A DNA stretch of 41,695 nt from a virus. Its lineage: Duplodnaviria; Caudoviricetes. Of the stretch, positions 17,205-26,055 are shown piece by piece; within the stretch, counting starts at the first letter, position 1; each line of letters begins with the position of its first letter. The notes below the pieces were generated by a model that made no database searches, had not been told where the DNA came from, and saw nothing but the letters and a program-made list of their open reading frames with translations. The DNA is taken from positions 1-41,695 of the IMG/VR virus record IMGVR_UViG_3300037423_001363. One strand, 5' to 3'. The translations under genes and the position numbers were made by a program.

Positions 17205-18878
17205 GTGGCGTGGGCGCGGGTCCAGTCGAAGAGCAACTCCTCCACCGCGTCAACCACCGTCGTTATCACCCTGACGGGCACCCCGGTCACCGGCAACAAG
17301 ATCGCCGTCTTCGTCTCGTGCGTCAACGGGACCACCGTATCGACTGTCAAGGACGGCAACCTCGTCTCGCTGACGCAGGGCGCGGCGGCGATCAACGCCA
17401 CCAACGAGGCCAGCTACCTCTACTTCTATGACGTGCCCGCCACGCCCTCGACGACGTTTACCGTCACCGCGAGCGGATCCAGCAACCTCGGCGCCGACGT
17501 CCTCGAAGTGTCCGGCCTGCTGGCTGGCAACACGACAGCCTGCATCGACGGCGCATGCGGGACCCTTTCGGGAACTACCACACCGGCCGCCCCAACCTAC
17601 TCGTCCACCCTTGCGGGCGAGTTCCTGTTCACGTACTTCGGGGACTGGGGCAACACCGCCACCTGCACCGTGCCGGCCGGCCTGACGCTAGACGCGAACT
17701 CGATCAACACCAGCGCCAACGCGAACGCCTGCGTGGGCTACGGCAACACCTCCGGCGGCAGCGACCCGACCTCGTGGTCGTACACGACCACCGGCAATCA
17801 GTGGGCCGCGTTCACCGGCGCGTTCAAGCTCGCCGCTGGCGGAGGTGCCGTACCAACGGCAAGCCTCCCGCCGCACCTGCTGCTGGAACTGGTCGCCCGC
17901 AACCAAGCTCAATGGCAGAACGCGGTCAGCGTCCTCGACGGCCTAGTCACGGACAGCCCGAACGGTGTCCGAGCGGCCGAAAGCCCCGCCACCGTCACCT
18001 TCGACCAGCTGGTCGCCGACACCCCGGCAGCGGTCAGGCTCGCCGAATCCCCGGCCACCGCCGGACCGGCCACAGCCATCGCGGACACAGCGGCCGGCAT
18101 ACGCGCGGCGGAGTCCCCGGCCACTACCACCATCACCGTCCTGGTCGCGGACACACCGTCCGCAGTCCGTGCGGGGCCCAGTCCCGCGGCTGCGGTGTTC
18201 GACGTCCTGACCGCAGACACACCCTCCGCCGTCCGGGTCGCCGAAAGTCCCGCCACGGCCGGACCGTCCACGGCCATAGCCGATACACCCGCTGGGATGC
18301 GGGCTGGCGCCAGCCCCGCCACGGTCGTCTTCGACATCGTCACGACCGATGCGCCTAACGGTGTCCGCGCCGCAGCGAGCCCCGCGGCCACCACGATCAC
18401 CGTCCTAGTCGCTGACGCCCCGAACGGGCTGCGGTTGTCGGAGAGCCCCGCCGCGGCCGGGTCGTCCACCTTCGCCGCCGACGTCGCATCTGGCGTACGG
18501 GCCGGATCATCCTCGGTGTCGGTCGTCTTCGACACGGTTGTCGCGGATGCACCCGCCGGTTTGCGGTTGGGCGCCTCGGCTGCGGTGGCGGTGTTCTCCA
18601 CATTCGCTGCGGACACGCCGGCGGGGATCCGGCTGGCCACCTCTCCGGCCGGGGTTTCCGCGTCGGCCGACTCGACGGTCCCAGACACGCCGTCAGGGCT
18701 GCGCGCCGGATCATCCCCGGCGTCGGTGCGGATCCGCTACGTCACCTTCCGCCCGAACAGCGGCACAACAGCCAGGCCGAATACCGGAACGACCGGACGG
18801 CCGAGTTCGGGTACCACGACACGACCGAGTTCGGGCACCACCGTCCGGCCGTTCACCGGGACGACGCTTCGGCCGTAG
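17205..18878 (+). CDS. Fiber-like virion protein with 22-aa and 8-aa tandem repeats
   Basis: N-terminal beta-rich domain, 12 x D-x-P-x-G-x-R-x-x-x-S-P repeats, 5 x RPxxGTTx. Confidence 0.8.
   Translation: MAWARVQSKSNSSTASTTVVITLTGTPVTGNKIAVFVSCVNGTTVSTVKDGNLVSLTQGAAAINATNEASYLYFYDVPATPSTTFTVTASGSSNLGADVLEVSGLLAGNTTACIDGACGTLSGTTTPAAPTYSSTLAGEFLFTYFGDWGNTATCTVPAGLTLDANSINTSANANACVGYGNTSGGSDPTSWSYTTTGNQWAAFTGAFKLAAGGGAVPTASLPPHLLLELVARNQAQWQNAVSVLDGLVTDSPNGVRAAESPATVTFDQLVADTPAAVRLAESPATAGPATAIADTAAGIRAAESPATTTITVLVADTPSAVRAGPSPAAAVFDVLTADTPSAVRVAESPATAGPSTAIADTPAGMRAGASPATVVFDIVTTDAPNGVRAAASPAATTITVLVADAPNGLRLSESPAAAGSSTFAADVASGVRAGSSSVSVVFDTVVADAPAGLRLGASAAVAVFSTFAADTPAGIRLATSPAGVSASADSTVPDTPSGLRAGSSPASVRIRYVTFRPNSGTTARPNTGTTGRPSSGTTTRPSSGTTVRPFTGTTLRP
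17952..18875 (+). repeat. Coding tandem repeats (12 x about 66 bp, then 5 x 24 bp)
   Basis: DSPNGVRAAESPATVTFDQLVA / DTPAAVRLAESPATAGPATAIA ...; RPNSGTTA RPNTGTTG RPSSGTTT RPSSGTTV RPFTGTTL. Confidence 0.85.
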
Positions 18879-18887
18879 GGAGGTGCG

Positions 18888-19277
18888 ATGTCGATCGAGA
18901 CCGCCCTCGCCCGCGGCCGGGCCGCCGCTGAGAGTCTTATGCAGGACACCTGCCAGATCCGGCGCAGGACCGGCGAGACCACCAGCGGCGGCGTCATCAC
19001 CCCCACCTGGTCGACGCTCTACACGGGCCCCTGCCGGATCCAGACGCGGCAGCTGGAGGGTCAGGGCCGCGATGTCGGCGAGGCGTACGTGGTGCTGGAA
19101 CGGCGCGAGCTGCAGGTGCCGATCACGGTGACTGGCCTGCAGGAAGGCGACCAGGTAACGCTGACGGCTTCCGCGCTCGATCCGGATCTGGTGGGCCGGG
19201 TATACGTGATCCGCTCGGTGACGTCGAAGACGCACTTGACCAGCCGCCGCGCCGAGATCATTGAGGTGACGTCGTGA
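18888..19277 (+). CDS. Head-closure protein (DUF6093-like)
   Basis: GRAAAESLMQDTC.IRR..LYTGPCRIQ..GDQV..DPDLVGR..KTH.T.RR. Confidence 0.85.
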   Translation: MSIETALARGRAAAESLMQDTCQIRRRTGETTSGGVITPTWSTLYTGPCRIQTRQLEGQGRDVGEAYVVLERRELQVPITVTGLQEGDQVTLTASALDPDLVGRVYVIRSVTSKTHLTSRRAEIIEVTS

Positions 19278-19666
19278 CGCTGCGATTCGAGAAGTTCGGC
19301 TTCGATGAGCTCCAGACGGACCTGCGCAACGCTGGCGTGAAGATCCGGCCCGAGGCGGCGAAGGTGACCGGTCGCGCGATGCTGAACATCAAGCGGGACG
19401 TGCAGCGGCGGTGGAAGGGGATGCCGCACCTGCGGCGCCTGCCCTACGCGGTCAACTACGACGTGCACCTGTTCGGCGGGCTGGTCGTGGGCGAGGTCGG
19501 CGCGGACCACGCCCGTCCGCAGGGGAAGCTCGCCTGGGTCGCCGAGTACGGTACTCCGACCTCGGCACCGCACCCGGGATTCCGGCCGGCTGGCGACAAG
19601 GAGATCCCGAGCTGGCAGAAGTTCCTGGACAAGGCCGCCGCTGACGTGCTCGGCGACAAGCCGTGA
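19274..19666 (+). CDS. HK97 gp10-like neck protein
   Basis: GEVG..QGKL...EYGT..APHP..RPA. Confidence 0.75.
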   Translation: MTLRFEKFGFDELQTDLRNAGVKIRPEAAKVTGRAMLNIKRDVQRRWKGMPHLRRLPYAVNYDVHLFGGLVVGEVGADHARPQGKLAWVAEYGTPTSAPHPGFRPAGDKEIPSWQKFLDKAAADVLGDKP

Positions 19667-20067
19667 TCGAGGAACACGCTGCCGCCGTGCTGGCGCTGCT
19701 GAACGCAGCGGTTACGACGCCGCGGAAGGTGTTCGACGGGAAGGTCCCCACCGGCACCGACCCGGACGTCAACCCGTATGTGCTGGTCTACTTCGATTCG
19801 AACGATCCGGAGTTCGACTTTCAGGCTCAGCCGTGGCAGTTCGAGATGACCGCCACCTGTCACAGCGTGGGCGGTAGCGCGCTCGCCGCCCGGCAGGTGG
19901 CCGATCTGGTGCGGACCGCACTGGTCGGCGTGGTGCCGGTCGTTTCGGGTCGGACGTGCATGCCGATCACGCGGGAGCCGGGTACGCCGCCGCAGCGCGA
20001 CGAGTCCACAGGCGTGCTGGTCATGGACCAGATCGATCAGTACACGATCCGGTCCATCCCAGGCTGA
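19663..20067 (+). CDS. Tail terminator
   Basis: VFDGKVP..PYVLVY..VGGS..A..VA..VR.AL..QRDE. Confidence 0.8.
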   Translation: MIEEHAAAVLALLNAAVTTPRKVFDGKVPTGTDPDVNPYVLVYFDSNDPEFDFQAQPWQFEMTATCHSVGGSALAARQVADLVRTALVGVVPVVSGRTCMPITREPGTPPQRDESTGVLVMDQIDQYTIRSIPG

Positions 20068-20130
20068 TCGCCACCCGCCCTCACTGTCCGCCATGCGGCG
20101 GATCTCCCGTCACCGAAAGGGGTGCGCCGC

Positions 20131-20463
20131 ATGGCGCTCCAAGCATCTCAGTCGGTCACCACGACCGCGGTCGCGCCGACGCCGATCACGCCGTCCGCGT
20201 CGGACACCATCGCGCAGAGCAGCTTCGGCTCCGAAGGCGTGTGGATCCGGGTCATCACCACCGGCACGATCTCCACCGTCGCCGTTCTTGATCCCGGCAC
20301 CACCGCGTCGGGCAACCCGGGCACCGTCACCGGGCAGGCCATGCCCGCGACCGGTAGCCGGCAATGGCTGATCCCGAATGCGGCGGTCAATCCGGCTACC
20401 GGCGTCGCAACCGTCACCTTCACGCCGACCACCGGCGTCACCTACGAGTTGTGGAGGGCCTAA
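20131..20463 (+). CDS. Small virion protein
   Basis: GAAAGGGG RBS; T/A/P-rich beta protein. Confidence 0.75.
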   Translation: MALQASQSVTTTAVAPTPITPSASDTIAQSSFGSEGVWIRVITTGTISTVAVLDPGTTASGNPGTVTGQAMPATGSRQWLIPNAAVNPATGVATVTFTPTTGVTYELWRA

Positions 20464-20468
20464 GCCGC

Positions 20469-20816
20469 ATGTCCAAGAACACGTACTGGATCGCCGACGT
20501 CGACGGCGTGAAGGCCCTTGTCGACGGTGCCGACGAGCGCGATTTCTGGGTCAGGGTTCACGGCTGGTCGGAGACCACCGAACCCGAGGGCCTCGAGTTC
20601 GTCTGGCTGCAGAACGAGGAGCACGGCGGCAAGGGCAAGTTCAACGCCCAGGCCGTGCCGCTGTGGACGGACCGCGGCTGGCAGCCATGCGCGCCGCCTG
20701 AGCCGGTGAATCTTGCGATCCCGCCGGAGCGTGCCGCTGCGCCGGAGCCGGCCAAGCCTGCCGAGACCCCGAAGTCCACCAGCAAGTCCGCCACCAGCGG
20801 CGACAAGAAGGAGTAG
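20469..20816 (+). CDS. Hypothetical tail-region protein
   Basis: MSKNTYWIAD..W..RGW. Confidence 0.7.
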   Translation: MSKNTYWIADVDGVKALVDGADERDFWVRVHGWSETTEPEGLEFVWLQNEEHGGKGKFNAQAVPLWTDRGWQPCAPPEPVNLAIPPERAAAPEPAKPAETPKSTSKSATSGDKKE

Positions 20817-20826
20817 GTGACCCAGC

Positions 20827-21306
20827 GTGGCTGACATCGCTGCGGACGGCAAGACCCGGGTCTACTGGGTTACCACCATCGCGAACATCGCCGCCCCGAC
20901 CGTGGCCGAGCTGAACGCCGGTATCGCGTTGCAGTCGACGCTGACCGCGGACGGCCTGAACGGCTTCAACCCGGACACCGCCGACGTCGACACGTCGGCC
21001 CTGGACTCGACGTTCAACACGACCGTGAACGGCCGGACCAGCTTCAGCAACACGATGCTGCGGCTGAAGAAGCAGTCCGGCACCGACACGATCTTCACGA
21101 CGCTGACCCGTGACACGGCCGGCTACGTGGTGATCCGCCGGTCGATCGCGTCGACCACGGCCTTCGCGTCGGCGCAGGGTGTCGAGGTGTATCCGGCGTT
21201 GTGTGGCGAGGTGTCCCGGATGGACCCGGCGCCGAACACGGTGGAGCGGTACGAGATCCCGCTGAAGATCACGTCGACGCCGAACCTGCGGGCCGCGGTC
21301 GCCTAG
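20827..21306 (+). CDS. Major tail (tube) protein
   Basis: DGKTRVYWV..IANIAAPTVAELNAGI.L..GYVVIRR..QGVEVYP is typical of actinophage tube proteins. Confidence 0.88.
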   Translation: MADIAADGKTRVYWVTTIANIAAPTVAELNAGIALQSTLTADGLNGFNPDTADVDTSALDSTFNTTVNGRTSFSNTMLRLKKQSGTDTIFTTLTRDTAGYVVIRRSIASTTAFASAQGVEVYPALCGEVSRMDPAPNTVERYEIPLKITSTPNLRAAVA

Positions 21307-21329
21307 TTCTGTCAACTTCCGTCAAAGTC

Positions 21330-21352
21330 AGCCGCCTACCGGGCGGTTTTTT
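21330..21352 (+). terminator. Intrinsic terminator after the major tail gene
   Basis: AGCCGCCT-ACC-GGGCGGTT followed by TTTT. Confidence 0.75.
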
Positions 21353-21423
21353 CGTGCCCGGCCGACGACCCGAACCGTCGGCCGGGCACTTCCGTTCGGG
21401 ACGTTCGGGAGCAGGAGTGAACC

Positions 21424-21966
21424 ATGACCGCCGACTTCGACGCCCTGCTCGACGGGGCGAAGCTGCCGGAGAAGACCGTTCCGGTGTGCCTGCGCGGCGA
21501 CCTGGTAGCCGAGTTCGAGGGCCTGGATCGCGAGCTGAAGGAGATCGAGCGCAAGAACTCCGACAGCCTGGACGGCTCCGGGATCGGCGCGCTACTTGAC
21601 CGGATGGAAGCCCTGCAGGCCGAGATGCGGGAGCACACGTACCTGTTCCGGTTGCGGGCGATGCCGAAGCCGAAGTTCCGGGCGCTGATCGCCGCGCACC
21701 CGCCGCGGCGTGGCGACGACGGTGAGCTGGTCGACGCGGACAAGTTCATGGGCATGAACGTCGAAACGTTCTGGGACTCATTGATTCGCGCCTGCCTGAT
21801 CGATCCGGTGCTCGACGATGAGAAGTGGCGGCGCACCGAGGCGGCGCTGACCGACAAGCAGTACGAGCAGTTGTCCGATGCGGCGTGGGGCCTCAACCGG
21901 GGTGAAGTCGACATCCCTTTCTCGCTCGCCGCATCGCGGATCAACCGGGTTTCCGCCGACGAGTAG
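21424..21966 (+). CDS. Tail assembly chaperone (G)
   Basis: Lies between tube and TMP; F.LRAM....R.LIAAHPPR..LN....IPFS. Confidence 0.88.
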   Translation: MTADFDALLDGAKLPEKTVPVCLRGDLVAEFEGLDRELKEIERKNSDSLDGSGIGALLDRMEALQAEMREHTYLFRLRAMPKPKFRALIAAHPPRRGDDGELVDADKFMGMNVETFWDSLIRACLIDPVLDDEKWRRTEAALTDKQYEQLSDAAWGLNRGEVDIPFSLAASRINRVSADE

Positions 21967-22334
21967 AGACCGCCGACCGGCTCCGCATCCCGGGTTCCAG
22001 GTTCGACGGCCGGGAGCCAGCCGAGATCACCGAGTACGAGTACGACGACGTTGGTCGGCTGGTGCGGTCGGTGACGACCCGGGAACCGGAATGGACGGAA
22101 CAGGACCGCGCCGAGCAGTTGGCGTTGTCGCTGTACCGGGAACGCCCCTGTCCGTGCGGGTGTGGTCAGCCTGCCGCGTTGACGCTGATCCCTGAGGCCG
22201 ATGGTCCCGGGTGGGAGATCACCGAGACGACGTGCACGGCGCGACTGGCGCTGCTCGAGGCGCAGGCGGGCGTGGCTGAGAAGCGCAAGTATCCACAGGC
22301 CAGCCTATGGAGCGTCAAGCCGAGGAAGCGTTAG
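21915..22334 (+). CDS. Tail assembly chaperone frameshift extension (GT, -1 PRF at CCCTTTC)
   Basis: C CCT TTC slippery heptamer at 21915-21921; the -1 frame is open to 22334 (PFLARRIAD..GREPAEITEYEYDDVGRLVRSVTTREPEWTEQDR..CPCGCG). Confidence 0.85.
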   Translation, partial: PFLARRIADQPGFRRRVETADRLRIPGSRFDGREPAEITEYEYDDVGRLVRSVTTREPEWTEQDRAEQLALSLYRERPCPCGCGQPAALTLIPEADGPGWEITETTCTARLALLEAQAGVAEKRKYPQASLWSVKPRKR

Positions 22335-22699
22335 TAGTTCTCGCTCATGCTGATGATGAACGAGAGGGCAAGGAAGGCGTATCCGAGGCCGAGCCCCCAG
22401 GTCGCCATTCTCAGGCCGCTGGCATTGCCGCGCTTGATTTCGTGTCGGGCGCTGTGCCCGAAGATGATCGCGAGTATGCCGAGGATGCCGAATGGGCTCT
22501 CTAGGGGCGTGGCCATGGCGATGATGCCGCAGACCAATGCCGCGATCGCCCAGACGCTGCGTGGCGGCTTCGACGTGTCGTCGTAGTCGGTGTCCTTGTC
22601 CGGCAAACGGCCGGTGCGGTTCATGTAGTCCAGCGCGCGGTCGTAGTCCACGTCTTCCGCGACGTCGTCGACTGCGTACTGCCTCTTGGGGCGTGCCAC
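22331..22699 (-). CDS. DUF4190-like two-TM membrane protein (antisense moron)
   Basis: AIAALVCGI..GILAIIFGH.A..EI.R...G..MA..GL.LGY is the DUF4190 pattern; GTG start 7 nt after a -10 box. Confidence 0.8.
   Translation of the reverse strand: MARPKRQYAVDDVAEDVDYDRALDYMNRTGRLPDKDTDYDDTSKPPRSVWAIAALVCGIIAMATPLESPFGILGILAIIFGHSARHEIKRGNASGLRMATWGLGLGYAFLALSFIISMSENY
22608..22638 (-). repeat. 31-bp inverted repeat, copy A (in DUF4190-like gene)
   Basis: Reverse complement GCGCGCTGGACTACATGAACCGCACCGGCCG is identical to 25373-25403. Confidence 0.95.
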
Positions 22700-22706
22700 A
22701 GCACCG

Positions 22707-22752
22707 AGTGTGACCGGCCGGTAGCGATCTAGCAATGTCTGTCGTTGATCTG
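22707..22752 (-). promoter_or_regulatory. Leftward promoter module, copy 1
   Basis: Minus strand CAGATCAACGACA..TTGCTA-N17-CACACT; shared with 32451-32497. Confidence 0.7.
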
Positions 22753-22776
22753 ACTGTTCAGTGGCTGGGGGTGACC

Positions 22777-25700
22777 GTGGCACTACGGACAGTGGGCGTG
22801 AGGTTGGTGGCAGATGTCTCTTCGTACATGACCAGTCTGAAGCGGGCCGGGGTCGCCACGAAGGACTTCGCGGGCGGTCTCGACCAGGCGGCCAAGGGCG
22901 GCAAGCTGGACAAGGTCTCCGACCAGGCGCTGCGCCTCGGTGTAGTCGGAGTCGGCGCATTCGCTCTGGTCGTGAAGTCGGCCGCGGACTTCGACAAGCA
23001 GATGTCGTCGGTCGCCGCGGCCACCCACGCCGGCGCGGCCGAGATGGGCCAACTGCGCGCGGCCGCGCTGCAAGCCGGCAAGGACACCCAGTTCTCCGCC
23101 ACGCAGGCCGCGAAGGGCATCGAGGAGCTGTCCAAAGCCGGTGTGTCGACGGCGAACATCCTCGGCGGCGGACTGAGGGGCGCTCTCGACCTCGCCGCAG
23201 CTGGCCAGCTCGATGTAGGTGAGGCGGCCGAGACCGCAGCCACCGCGATGACCCAGTTCGGCTTGTCCGGCGGCCAGGTCCCGCATATCGCCGACCTGCT
23301 CGCCGCGGCCGCTGGCAAGGCGCAGGGTTCCGTGCACGACATGGGCTTTGCGCTGAAGCAGAGCGGCCTGGTCGCATCCCAGTTCGGCCTGTCGGTCGAG
23401 GACACCACCGGCACGCTGGCCGCGTTCGCCTCCGCGGGCCTGATCGGCAGCGACGCCGGCACATCCTTCAAAACGATGTTGTTGCAGTTGGCGAACCCGG
23501 CCGAGAAGACCCAAAACCTGATGAAGCGGTTGGGCATCAACGCCTACGATGCGTCCGGTGCCTTTGTCGGCATTACCAACCTCGCCGGCCAGCTGCAGAC
23601 AAAGCTGGGCGGGCTGACCCAGGCGCAGCGCGATGCGGCGCTGGCGCAGATCTTCGGCACCGACGCGATCCGCGCCGCGAACGTGCTGTACAAGCAGGGC
23701 ACCGCCGGGATCCAGGGCTGGATCGACAAGACCAACGACGCTGGCTACGCCGCTGAGACGGCGCGGATCAAGACGGACAACCTGGCCGGTGACATCGAAC
23801 GCCTCAAGGGCTCGCTCGAGACGCTGGCCATCGAGTCCGGGTCCGGCGCCAATGGCGGCCTACGGGTGCTGACGAAGTCGCTCAACCAGTTGATCGACGG
23901 ATTCGGGCAACTACCGCCGGCCGTCGGCTCGTCGGTGACGGTGCTGGCCGGCGTCGGCGGCGCATCGTTGCTGGCGCTGGCTGGGTTCATCAAGGTCCGC
24001 AAAGGCATGGCTGAGGCCACCGCGCAGCTCAATGCGATGGGTCCGGCCGGCGAGAAGGCGGCCACCGGTTTGCAGAAGGGCGCGGCCGCCGCCGGCAAGT
24101 TGGCAGTGGCATTTGCCGCGCTGCAGGTGGCGGGGGCGATCGTCAGTTCGTTCCAGACCGAACTGAACCCGCAGATCGATGCGGCGACCAAGGGTATGGA
24201 GCGGTGGGCCGACGGCGCCCTGTTGTCGGGCGAGGCTGCGCGCCTATTCGGGGCCAACAGTACGGAGTTGGATCGTGCTCTTAACGGTCTGGCGGACCGC
24301 GGCTTTTCGCATGCTACCGATGCGCTCACGGACTGGATCTTCGGCCTCGGCGGGGTGAGCAGCCCGCTCGATGCCGCGAAGACCCAGGTCGACGCATTTG
24401 ACCAAGTCCTGTCCTCAATGGTCAAGGAGGGTCATGGCGCCCAGGCGCTGGTCTACGTCGAGGCTCGGGCCAAGGCGACGGGCCGCTCCGTCGACGACCT
24501 GAAGAAGCTGCTGCCCGCCTTCTCCGGCGCACTCGAGACGACCGGCACCTCGACGAAGAAGCTGTCCGACTCGCTGAACTGGGTCGGGCCGATGTCCGAC
24601 AAGGCGAAGGCCGCGCTGGACGGTGCGAAGGCCGGCGTCAAGGGCGTGGGCGGCGCGGCCGCGCAGTCGGCCGAGGACATCAAGAAGATGACCGATGCCG
24701 TCGAGGACCTGTTCAAGTCGCAGATGAGCCTCGACCGGGCCGACATCGCCATGCGCAACGGCATCGTCGACCTGTCCAAGGAGCTGAAGTCCGGCGCCCG
24801 GTCGCTGAGCCTGAACAGTGCCGAGGGCCGCAAGAACCGGTCCGCGGTGCTCGATCAACTTGCCGCGATCGACGACCTGCGGCAGGCCCGCATCAATCAC
24901 GGCATGACCCTGGACCAGGCGCAGGGCAAGTACACCAAGGACATCGCCGGCCTGCGTAAGAGCATGCTGCAGGCCGGATTCTCAAAGAAGGCCGTCGACC
25001 AGCTGCTCGGCTCCTACAAGGTGATCCCGCCAAAGGTTGATACGAAGATCAACCAACCGGGCATGAAGGACGCGAAGACCAACACCCAGACCTTGTGGGA
25101 CAAGCTCAAGGGCGTCGACGGGAACTGGACCGCGCACATCCATACCACCGGCTACGCCGACACCGCCACCAAGCTGCGACACCTGCTCGCCGCGCAGCAG
25201 GCCGCGAAGCAGGGCATCAGCGTCAACGAGGCGAACCGCGAGCTCGGCCACTTCTTCGCCGGCGGCGGTTGGACCGGGCCGGGCCCGAAGTACAAGCCCG
25301 CCGGCGTGGTGCACGCCGACGAGTTCGTGGTCCGCAAGGAGTCCCGGCAGCAGATCGAGGCCGCCAAGCCGGGCGCGCTGGACTACATGAACCGCACCGG
25401 CCGGTGGCCCGGCTACGCGGCCGGTGGTGTCGTGATGCCGTTCCCGTACACCACCAGCAAGACGAAGATGCCGGTGCCTGCGCTGCCGCCCGGCGGGCAG
25501 ACCCTGAATTTCATGGTGCAGGTTGTCCGGGCTGCGTTCCCGGGTCTGCATCTGATCTCCGGCTACCGGCCTGGTGCGCACACCCTGTCCGGGGCGCTGT
25601 CGTACCACGCGTTGAAGCGGGCCACGGACTGGCCGCCGTCGCGGCCGCTCGCCGAGTGGATCAACTACATGTACAAGTCGCGGACGAAGGAACTGATCAC

Positions 25701-26055
25701 CCCGTGGAACGAGCTGAACATCCACAACGGGGCCCGGCACTCCTATTCCGGGGCGGTGTTCCGGCAGCACAACTTCGCCGGCGGCAACGCGCACGACCAC
25801 TGGGCGATGGCCGGTGGCGGGGTGCTGCGGGAGCCGGTGTTCGGGGTCGGCGCGTCCGGTGACACGTACAGCTTCGCCGAGCGTGGCCCGGAGACGGTCA
25901 TCCCCGGGACCGCCGCGGGCGGCATGGGCGGCGGGAACACCTACCAGATCACGATCAACGCGACGCCGCTGTCGCACCCGCGGGAAATCGGCCGCGAGGC
26001 GGTGTACTTGATCCAGCAATATGAGGCGGCCAACGGCTCGGGCTGGCGCAAGTGA
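22777..26055 (+). CDS. Tape measure protein with C-terminal metallopeptidase-like domain
   Basis: AADFDKQMS.V.A, T.FSATQAA..IEEL.KAG and GSDAGTSFKTML (TP901-type core); FAGGGWTGPG.KY.PAGVVHADEFV; SGYRPG..H..RATD..HDH. Confidence 0.95.
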   Translation: MALRTVGVRLVADVSSYMTSLKRAGVATKDFAGGLDQAAKGGKLDKVSDQALRLGVVGVGAFALVVKSAADFDKQMSSVAAATHAGAAEMGQLRAAALQAGKDTQFSATQAAKGIEELSKAGVSTANILGGGLRGALDLAAAGQLDVGEAAETAATAMTQFGLSGGQVPHIADLLAAAAGKAQGSVHDMGFALKQSGLVASQFGLSVEDTTGTLAAFASAGLIGSDAGTSFKTMLLQLANPAEKTQNLMKRLGINAYDASGAFVGITNLAGQLQTKLGGLTQAQRDAALAQIFGTDAIRAANVLYKQGTAGIQGWIDKTNDAGYAAETARIKTDNLAGDIERLKGSLETLAIESGSGANGGLRVLTKSLNQLIDGFGQLPPAVGSSVTVLAGVGGASLLALAGFIKVRKGMAEATAQLNAMGPAGEKAATGLQKGAAAAGKLAVAFAALQVAGAIVSSFQTELNPQIDAATKGMERWADGALLSGEAARLFGANSTELDRALNGLADRGFSHATDALTDWIFGLGGVSSPLDAAKTQVDAFDQVLSSMVKEGHGAQALVYVEARAKATGRSVDDLKKLLPAFSGALETTGTSTKKLSDSLNWVGPMSDKAKAALDGAKAGVKGVGGAAAQSAEDIKKMTDAVEDLFKSQMSLDRADIAMRNGIVDLSKELKSGARSLSLNSAEGRKNRSAVLDQLAAIDDLRQARINHGMTLDQAQGKYTKDIAGLRKSMLQAGFSKKAVDQLLGSYKVIPPKVDTKINQPGMKDAKTNTQTLWDKLKGVDGNWTAHIHTTGYADTATKLRHLLAAQQAAKQGISVNEANRELGHFFAGGGWTGPGPKYKPAGVVHADEFVVRKESRQQIEAAKPGALDYMNRTGRWPGYAAGGVVMPFPYTTSKTKMPVPALPPGGQTLNFMVQVVRAAFPGLHLISGYRPGAHTLSGALSYHALKRATDWPPSRPLAEWINYMYKSRTKELITPWNELNIHNGARHSYSGAVFRQHNFAGGNAHDHWAMAGGGVLREPVFGVGASGDTYSFAERGPETVIPGTAAGGMGGGNTYQITINATPLSHPREIGREAVYLIQQYEAANGSGWRK
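25373..25403 (+). repeat. 31-bp inverted repeat, copy B (in TMP)
   Basis: GCGCGCTGGACTACATGAACCGCACCGGCCG encoding ALDYMNRTGR. Confidence 0.95.

Noticed and set aside
21947-21953. GGGTTTC as the frameshift site
   Set aside because: Not in X XXY YYZ register with the chaperone frame; CCCTTTC at 21915 is.
22580-22648. GTCGTAGTC repeated 60 bp apart around the TMP-matching 31-mer, resembling a repeat-spacer-repeat mini-CRISPR
   Set aside because: Only 9 bp and two copies, explained by DYD codons; no longer repeat and no cas genes.
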